The notes below the pieces were generated by a model, which ran no database searches, was not told the DNA's origin, and worked only from the letters and a program-made list of their open reading frames with translations. From positions 224,001-288,000 of the forward strand of contig CAWJBB010000040.1 in assembly GCA_963840855.1 (NCBI GenBank): 64,000 nt of DNA. Reading direction: 5' to 3'. Position numbers and translations under genes: made by a program. The DNA comes from an uncultured delta proteobacterium (GTDB lineage: Bacteria; Desulfobacterota; Binatia; UBA9968). Numbering within the stretch: the stretch's first letter is position 1; every line of letters begins with the position of its first letter. Of this stretch, positions 57,618 through 64,000 are shown piece after piece.

Positions 57618-59470
57618 AACCTCACCGCGGCGCTAAACGACGAATCTTTGTCAGGAATCTCGCGCTCGACTGCTTTTCCACCATGCAGGCGCTTTGCCAA
57701 TGAAAGCGCGGCGTTGATCAGGCCCACATGCGTGAACGCCTGGGGGAAATTTCCCAGGGCATCCCCAGTCTCCGGGTCAATCTCCTCTGCGAACAGGCCC
57801 AAGTCGTTTGCGTAACCGATCAGCCCTTCGAAGACTTCCTGCGCCTCCTCGGTACTCCCACCGCCAAGAGCCAAATATTCCGCTCCCCAAAAACTGCAGA
57901 TGCCGAATGCTCCCTCGCCGGGCGATTCACCGGCCCGATAGCGGTATAGGAGTCCACCACCGGCCCCGAGGCGCTCCCGCACCCGAGCATAGGTCTGGCG
58001 CATCCGGTACGAAGATGCGCTGTCAAATCCGTACCAAGGTAAAAGCAGCAGGCTCGCATCAAGCTCGTTTCCATTTAAGTGCGCTACATAACTTTGCAGC
58101 TTCGGATTCCAAGCGCGCTCTTCGACTTCGCGACGGATCGCCTCCCGGGTTTTCTGAAACTCACTGGCGGGAGCCTCGGGGAGATGCCCCCGCGCGTGAA
58201 GCTCAACGAGCCGATCGAGAGCCACCCAGCAAAGGACGCGCGAATGGGTGTTATGGTAGCGTCCCGAGCGCAGCTCCCAGATGCCTTCGTCCGGCTCTTG
58301 CCAGTTGCGGCAGACGTAATCGCCGAACGCGCAGAGCATCGGCCGCGTCTCTCTATCCAATATGCCGCCGGCGCAGATGAAATGAGTCACCGCGTCAATG
58401 ACTTCCCCATAAACGTCAAGCTGCAGCTGGTCGACAGCCGCGTTGCCGATCCTAACCGGACGCGATGAACCATATCCGATCAAATGAGTAAGCGTCCGTT
58501 CGGTCTGCGGACTCCGCCCGTAGACGTCGTAAAGTATCCGCAATTCGGGACGCGCAAGCCGGGTCGAGTGAAGCAGCCAGTTTACGAACGCGTCGGCTTC
58601 ATCCAGACATCCCAGGCCCAGTAACGCGCGCACCGTTAAAGAAGCGTCGCGCAACCAGCAATAACGGTAATCGCAATTGAGTGTTCCGCCGAGGCGCTCT
58701 GGAAGAGAGGTCGTCGGCGCCGCGACGATCGCACCTGAGGGAGCATAAAATAAAAGTCTTAACACAAGGGCGCTCCGTATAACCGCGGTACGGCTGGGGC
58801 CGTCATATCGCAAATGCCCGGCCCAACGACTCCACCACGCAGTTGACCGATCGATCGCTGCGCGCGTTCTCTCGCCGAGCGGCGGAAAGACGGCCGGCCA
58901 TTCGGCCGAAAAAGTGAGGGAAAAATCAAGTTCCTCTCCAGCGCGGAGGCGAGCCCGCGCATAGACTGTCCCATCGCCTCGAAGGCTTAGAGGAAGTTTC
59001 GACCGGAGAGTGAGTAAACCGTCGCCCGTCTCGATCCGGAGCCCAAGCGTGCCGCCATCTTGCAGCCGGGAGCTTTTCTGCGCGTACCGAGGTCGCGCGT
59101 CGAAGAGCACCTCCACTTCAACCTCCCCTTTCTCGCACTCGACGAGGCGCAGGATCTCATGCTCGGGAAGTAGGAGTTTTCTTTGCTCTTCCTCTGAAGC
59201 GACAGGCATGAGGTCGATCAATAACAGCGAACCCCCTTCCGTTCGAAACCTGGTCTCGAGAATGTTGGTCTCATCCATATAGCGCCGCTCGGTTTTGAAG
59301 GGAGCGGTGGGAGCGATTCGCCAATGACCGGCGTGCGGGTCAAGCAAAGCGCCGAAAATCGAAGCGCTGTCGAACCGCGGCCAACAGAGCCAGTCAATGG
59401 ATCCCTCGCGCGAGATTAAGGCCGCCGAGCGGCAATCGCCTATGATCGCGTAATCATGAATGTGCTGCAT
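57614..59470 (-). CDS. Glycoside hydrolase family 15 (trehalase/glucoamylase-like)
   Basis: GSIDWLCWPRFDS, GAIVAAPTTSLPE, DYRYCWLRD, GIWE, GNFPQAFTH. Confidence 0.93.
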   Translation of the reverse strand: MQHIHDYAIIGDCRSAALISREGSIDWLCWPRFDSASIFGALLDPHAGHWRIAPTAPFKTERRYMDETNILETRFRTEGGSLLLIDLMPVASEEEQRKLLLPEHEILRLVECEKGEVEVEVLFDARPRYAQKSSRLQDGGTLGLRIETGDGLLTLRSKLPLSLRGDGTVYARARLRAGEELDFSLTFSAEWPAVFPPLGERTRAAIDRSTAWWSRWAGHLRYDGPSRTAVIRSALVLRLLFYAPSGAIVAAPTTSLPERLGGTLNCDYRYCWLRDASLTVRALLGLGCLDEADAFVNWLLHSTRLARPELRILYDVYGRSPQTERTLTHLIGYGSSRPVRIGNAAVDQLQLDVYGEVIDAVTHFICAGGILDRETRPMLCAFGDYVCRNWQEPDEGIWELRSGRYHNTHSRVLCWVALDRLVELHARGHLPEAPASEFQKTREAIRREVEERAWNPKLQSYVAHLNGNELDASLLLLPWYGFDSASSYRMRQTYARVRERLGAGGGLLYRYRAGESPGEGAFGICSFWGAEYLALGGGSTEEAQEVFEGLIGYANDLGLFAEEIDPETGDALGNFPQAFTHVGLINAALSLAKRLHGGKAVEREIPDKDSSFSAAVRL

Positions 59471-59576
59471 GGTGCTGATGGATCCCGACTCCTACTGCCG
59501 GACGCTAGAGCCGACCTGTCGAGTCATCACCCCACAGTCCGAGTAGGAGCCGTTTATCAGTTGGTTTGGGCCGAGT

Positions 59577-59990
59577 TCATTCCTCGCGCTCGGCTAATCT
59601 GGCAAGGGCAAGAGCGCCGAACGAGAGGCCTAGATCGCGCAACGCGACGTCGTAGTATCCCGGCACCAGCAACAAATTGATAATGATGCCCCAGAGCCAG
59701 CCGGCGACGACCCAAGCACCGAACTTAGGTTTCACCGCGACCACGATCCCGGCGATTATTTCGATAACTCCTACAACCATCATAAAACCCGACGCATCGA
59801 TGCCGGTCCACCTCGGCACCAGGGGTGTGAGATACTGAGTCCAGTCCACCAGCAAATTAAAAAATTTGTCGAGCCCAGCAACGATGGGTGCGACGGTGAA
59901 CCCGAACTTGAGAATCGTATAGGCCTGATGTGCGTAGTCTGTGCTCTGTTCAGCTGCCACGTACTCTGACCTGGTCATTGGACGAGCCAT
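59577..59990 (-). CDS. DoxX-like membrane protein
   Basis: GLDKF.N.L.DW..YL, VGVIEI.AG, YYDVALRDLGL; SD AAGGAGG. Confidence 0.8.
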   Translation of the reverse strand: MARPMTRSEYVAAEQSTDYAHQAYTILKFGFTVAPIVAGLDKFFNLLVDWTQYLTPLVPRWTGIDASGFMMVVGVIEIIAGIVVAVKPKFGAWVVAGWLWGIIINLLLVPGYYDVALRDLGLSFGALALARLAEREE

Positions 59991-60053
59991 TTTCGTTTCC
60001 TCCTTTTAAAGAATTTTTACGGATGCCTCGTCAAGCATCCGCCAAGACGTAAG

Positions 60054-60069
60054 AGCAACAAAGATGCCA
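60054..60069 (-). promoter_or_regulatory. Sigma-54 -24/-12 promoter for the DoxX-like/GH15 unit
   Basis: TGGCAT-CTTTG-TTGCT. Confidence 0.75.
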
Positions 60070-60287
60070 GCTGCAGACGGGAAGATTAACTCGCGAAAGT
60101 ACCGATGTTGCACGCCGAGTTCCGGAAAGAGTGATGTTGCATGAAACAGTTGCAACGTTGTAAATGTTTCACCGTTTCATCCCGGCGAGCTTTGGATTCT
60201 CTTGAGCTTTCGCCATAGCGTTGTGCGGCTGCTTCAAAGAAAGTCTCCAGCGCGTGGAAAAATCTTGCTTTATCTGTGATTGATAGA

Positions 60288-60325
60288 TGTAGCAAAAATG
60301 CGCGGCAAGTGTGGCGTTCATGCGC
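60288..60325 (+). promoter_or_regulatory. 38-bp tandem operator motif, copy D
   Basis: TGTAGCAAAAATGCGCGGCAAGTGTGGCGTTCATGCGC. Confidence 0.6.
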
Positions 60326-60457
60326 TTCGGGATTTTCCATGAAATGCTTCCGTCGAAATCCCTAGTTTTCGTCATGACAATTTCAGCTCATGGCAAACGT
60401 AATCAGCATTCCGCAATCATCATGGTCGTTTGCCGTTTCTTTCAAAGTATTCTCTGC

Positions 60458-61342
60458 CTAAGGCCTAACGGTAATGACCGGGCAAGAAGCTTCCCTGATC
60501 ACGCGCTCGGCGACACTTCCCAAGAAAAATCTGGGTACGCCTTTTCTCGCATGCGTGCCCATAACAATCATATCAATGCCTTCTTCCCGGACGAAACTAA
60601 CGATACCAGACCACGGCCGGGAAAATGCCTTGACTCTCGTGAACTCGGGTACGCCCTTACGTTTCTGCGCTGGGACCGTCTCCAGCATCGCATCCAGCTT
60701 TTCGGTAGCAACCCTGCGCAGTCTACCCATGAATCCCCCTTTTACCGTATCCCAAGACTTGTGAGCTTGGATTATGTGCAAGAGAAACACAGAAGCACCC
60801 AATGTTCCGGCGAATTCCAACGCCCATTCCAGCGATACATTGTCAGCGAGCGAAAAGCTGCTGGGGACAAGGATTTTCTTCACAGCGGGCTTTTTCGCTG
60901 CCTGCCGCACGGTTAAGATCGGGACATGCGATTCCCGTAAGACCTTGGTCGTCGTGCTCCCAAGCAGCATTCGACCCCAAAGATTGAGACCTCTTTTTCC
61001 CATCGCAATCATATCGACGTCGTGGCTCTGCGCCGCCTTGATTATCTCTTGATACGGAATGCCCCTGACAACTCGTGTCTCCGCTTTGATTCCTTTTTGC
61101 TCAAGGACAGTTCCCAGGCGCCTAAGCCGCTTGGCTTCTCTTGTCCCCAGTTCACGGTCGATGAGCGATATTTCTGCTTTTAGACCATCGGGGACCTCCA
61201 ATGTGCAGAGGTCCGGACTTTCGATTACACTTAGGGCGCTCACGCTTGCGCCGAGCCGCGTGGCGCATAGCTCTGCCCACCTGAGTGCGTCACGCGATTC
61301 CTTTGATCCGTCGCTTGCCCAAAGAATTTTTTTGATTTGCAT
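60458..61342 (-). CDS. Tandem-domain universal stress protein
   Basis: KKILWASDGS, MGKRG...LLGSTT, MGTHARKG...LGSVAERV. Confidence 0.92.
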   Translation of the reverse strand: MQIKKILWASDGSKESRDALRWAELCATRLGASVSALSVIESPDLCTLEVPDGLKAEISLIDRELGTREAKRLRRLGTVLEQKGIKAETRVVRGIPYQEIIKAAQSHDVDMIAMGKRGLNLWGRMLLGSTTTKVLRESHVPILTVRQAAKKPAVKKILVPSSFSLADNVSLEWALEFAGTLGASVFLLHIIQAHKSWDTVKGGFMGRLRRVATEKLDAMLETVPAQKRKGVPEFTRVKAFSRPWSGIVSFVREEGIDMIVMGTHARKGVPRFFLGSVAERVIREASCPVITVRP

Positions 61343-61786
61343 CAGTTTTTCTCCTCCCGTTTACCTTAACGATATCCGCAAGATCCCATCTTTGTTGGGA
61401 CCAGATTTCTTGTGTGTCACTTGTAGCGTTGATGCTCCAAAAAAGAGAGCACAATCTTCGTTAACAATCCCGCATTAAGAGGCCCGCCTCTCCAGGCAAA
61501 GGTCAGACAAAGACACCCGATATTGCGCTTACCCTCGTGAAGATGGAGTAAAACCGGGCTCATCAGAACCACGATGGCGCGCCGGGAGCTCATATGTGCA
61601 CGCCCAATACCGTGTACCCTTTTTCCTTAAGTACATCAGCGAGGCGATTGGGGTCCGTAGCCGGTAAGTGCAACTAGCACTCCCGGCTTGCGTCCCAGCT
61701 CTCCCTGTACGTCCCACGCCAAGAACGTCTCCCCCTCCTCGGCAATCGTCTCCGAGGCAAGACCGAGATCGTGCAGTCAACCACTG

Positions 61787-62116
61787 CTACTCCGGCAGCG
61801 TATAGCGCCCTTCGATGAAGCTCATCATGAGTCCTCGGGTTTCCACCGGTCGCAAATCCTGCCTTTGCTCAATCCGTTCTGCGTGTCCTTCACCGCTTCG
61901 CGAAACCAGCGTGAGTAGTCGCCTCTGTACAAGTGAAATAGCCAGGTTTCTTCGTTGATACCCTCGGCAATCTGCGAAAAAATCACAAGGTTCTGGGCCT
62001 TGAGGTTGTGCCGGTCCCGCCGGTCCCCGAAAGTAGAAGCTGTGATCCCGCATGTTGCCCTCAGCATACTTACGAAGATGGCGGATGCGCTCGACGCGAC
62101 CGGACATTATTCGCAT
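61787..62116 (-). pseudogene. Frameshifted C-terminal remnant of a larger protein (probably a HAD hydrolase/ATPase fusion)
   Basis: RHLRKYAEG..SFYFRGP continues in another frame as NLKAQNL.IF.QIAEG..EETWLFHL..GDYSRWFR..VKD. Confidence 0.6.
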
Positions 62117-62247
62117 AGAGAACGGCGCTTTTTCCGCTGTGGAAAAACCACATGATCGTATGACCGCTTTTGTACGACTTCAGCATGAGTTGCAGCGCTG
62201 ACACCGATCCCGGCATGAACCCACTCGCCATAGCGCCTACCTATCCT

Positions 62248-62475
62248 TTAATAAGGACGGTCACTGTACTCGGAAATACCGCCCTGCTCATGATGTCTCG
62301 GCATGGTAGGGCCTTTGAATCTTGGTAAAAACCCCATCCTTATCTTCCATCTTCCGAGACTAACCACCAGCCCGGCGATACCCACACTGATTAGGACGAT
62401 GCTGATGATAGGAAGAATAACGGCAGAAAACACGTCCAAAGCCATGAGGCCAAAAATTGAAGATAAGCTACTCAT
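62248..62475 (-). CDS. Small membrane protein, paralog B
   Basis: Aligns with 52104-52310; same GAAAGGATCNAC-ATGAGTA start context. Confidence 0.7.
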   Translation of the reverse strand: MSSLSSIFGLMALDVFSAVILPIISIVLISVGIAGLVVSLGRWKIRMGFLPRFKGPTMPRHHEQGGISEYSDRPY

Positions 62476-62584
62476 GTCGATCCTTTCTTTTTGCAATATC
62501 GTAAAATCCGACTTCGTAGGCTCTGTGGCGACAATGCGCGGTTGCCTTGATAATAGAGAACATAGGCGAGCGTAAGAAACCCGA

Positions 62585-62968
62585 TCATTTGCGTACAAAG
62601 TCCGCGACACTCATTCTTTTTCTTAATTTTGCGATTAGAAAACCCCTCAGGGCCACAGCGTTGTTGTGCTCTGAGTCTCGGGCGCTGTAAAGCAAAGTGA
62701 CATCGGATCTGCGGGATCTCTCCATAATCGGCTGCCAGGTCTCCGGCTTCACGCGAAGCTCGGCAAAGTACTGCTTGCGAAACTCCTTCCACTTCTTGGC
62801 ATCGTGTCCGAACCATTTGCGCAAACTATCACTGGGGGCCACCTCCTTGAACCAGCCGTCCAGTGCCAAGGTCTCTTTCTTCGATCCCCTGGGCCAAAGC
62901 CGGTCGACAAGAAAACGACTACCGTCGCTTGCCGCTGGCTTCTCGTATACACGCTTGACTCTGATCAT
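62585..62968 (-). CDS. DUF488 (YeaO-like) protein
   Basis: IRVKRVYE, DG.R.LVDRLWPRG, VAPS..LRKWFGHD, LLYSARD..HNNA. Confidence 0.92.
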   Translation of the reverse strand: MIRVKRVYEKPAASDGSRFLVDRLWPRGSKKETLALDGWFKEVAPSDSLRKWFGHDAKKWKEFRKQYFAELRVKPETWQPIMERSRRSDVTLLYSARDSEHNNAVALRGFLIAKLRKRMSVADFVRK

Positions 62969-63049
62969 TGAGTGGAATCCTCGAGACTGCTCTTGTTCTT
63001 TTGGTCTTGCGAAACAAATATCTAGCCAAAAGCCACAACTACGTGCATC

Positions 63050-63065
63050 CGCAATGTTCGTGCCG
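63050..63065 (-). promoter_or_regulatory. Sigma-54 -24/-12 promoter for DUF488
   Basis: CGGCAC-GAACA-TTGCG. Confidence 0.7.
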
Positions 63066-63177
63066 GAGAAGCAAACCGGCGCGCGGCTCAAAAGAAATGC
63101 GCTTAGCGCGTTTACTTGAGAAAAAACCGACCCTCTAAAAATATTGCCGGAAAGTTTCATTTTCGTAGACCCTAAGA

Positions 63178-63214
63178 TGAGGCAAAATTGTGAGGCGGTG
63201 TGGCATTGTTGTAT
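63178..63214 (+). promoter_or_regulatory. 37-bp tandem operator motif, copy B
   Basis: TGAGGCAAAATTGTGAGGCGGTGTGGCATTGTTGTAT. Confidence 0.6.
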
Positions 63215-63331
63215 TCTCATGGACCGGCAGGAAAGAATGTCTGCCCAAACTCGGACAAAAATCAGGAAGGTAAAGGACAACCGACAGCCTTCAAAAATGG
63301 AGGTTTTTGCGATAGCGATACAATGGATTCG

Positions 63332-63709
63332 TTAAAAGACCGGGTTGGTTATAGAATCATCTATCACCTGCAACAAGTCGTGAGCGGAAAACGGTTTGGA
63401 CATAAGCGGAGTCCCCAATTTCGCGGCGATCTCTCGCAATGATTCGTCAGCAAAGGCAGAAATAAGAATTACCTTTACTTGGGGCTTATTCTGTTTCAGC
63501 GTCCAAGCGATCTCGGTACCAAGCAGCATGGGCATGCGAACGTCGAGAATAAAGAGATCGTAACAGGGGTAAGACTGGGATTTTTTCAAACCTTCCAGGG
63601 CATCTGTGGTCCAGACGACCTGCATCCCTTTGCTTTCTAATATCTCAGCCAAAAACTGGCAGAAAGTCTCGTCGTCCTCTACGATCAGAACCCGCACTTG
63701 AGCCTCCAT
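63332..63709 (-). CDS. Single-domain response regulator
   Basis: VLIVEDD, DLFILDVRMP, ISA, SKPF. Confidence 0.9.
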   Translation of the reverse strand: MEAQVRVLIVEDDETFCQFLAEILESKGMQVVWTTDALEGLKKSQSYPCYDLFILDVRMPMLLGTEIAWTLKQNKPQVKVILISAFADESLREIAAKLGTPLMSKPFSAHDLLQVIDDSITNPVF

Positions 63710-63729
63710 TTGCTTACTACCTTTGGAAA

Positions 63730-63745
63730 CGCAATAAGCATGCCG
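63730..63745 (-). promoter_or_regulatory. Sigma-54 -24/-12 promoter for the response regulator
   Basis: CGGCAT-GCTTA-TTGCG. Confidence 0.6.
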
Positions 63746-63858
63746 TTTGTGGGTAAGCACGCGGTAAGAATTTGCGTCGAGAGCTTCTTTTACCGTAGGA
63801 TAGGAGAGCCCTAGAGGGATGGCGAGGTTAGCTATAGGTTGAGAAATGAGACTTTGTC

Positions 63859-64000
63859 TTACTGCCCCTTAAAAGGTTCTATCTTCCAGCGCGCCAGCAT
63901 ACGGTAAAGGGACCGCCGGTCGACTTCCAGCATCTTTGCGACGCGGGAGATATTTCCCTGGGCACGGTTCATGACGTAGAGGACGTAACGCTTTTTGACC
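63859..64000 (-). CDS. C-terminal Fis-type HTH of a probable sigma-54 enhancer-binding protein (5'-partial)
   Basis: Manual translation VKKRYVLYVMNRAQGNISRVAKMLEVDRRSLYRMLARWKIEPFKGQ*. Confidence 0.8.
   Translation of the reverse strand, partial: VKKRYVLYVMNRAQGNISRVAKMLEVDRRSLYRMLARWKIEPFKGQ

Overview
A GC-rich bacterial chromosomal segment. The gene repertoire (Bug/TctC binding proteins, several amidohydrolases, UbiD, LLM oxidoreductase, deltaproteobacterial-type rimP-nusA-ylxR-infB-DUF503-rbfA and nadC-birA-coaX-fusA order) suggests Binatia/Desulfobacterota_B; this is inference. Layout: 1-17.6 kb catabolic genes; 17.6-40.9 kb housekeeping genes plus tRNA-Leu(CAG); 40.9-45 kb a decayed accessory patch; 45-51.3 kb dnaB, queF, a heme-oxygenase-like protein, mobA-moaD and AOR; 51.4-64 kb a lower-GC, partly pseudogenised stress island. 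Highlights: (1) at least 13 intergenic elements share one architecture, a short tandem unit followed by a spacer and the same unit inverted, built from different 6-9 nt units (nine GTTCAA-type); (2) an integron attC site whose R' box is split by a 219-bp MITE-like insertion with a 3-bp GTT duplication, between decayed toxin-antitoxin cassettes; (3) a candidate sigma-54 regulon with five -24/-12 promoters, four copies of a 37-38 bp tandem operator and the tail of the probable activator gene; (4) two paralogous CADD/PqqC-like diiron proteins that appear to lack the CADD substrate tyrosine. All calls were made by eye, without database searches.
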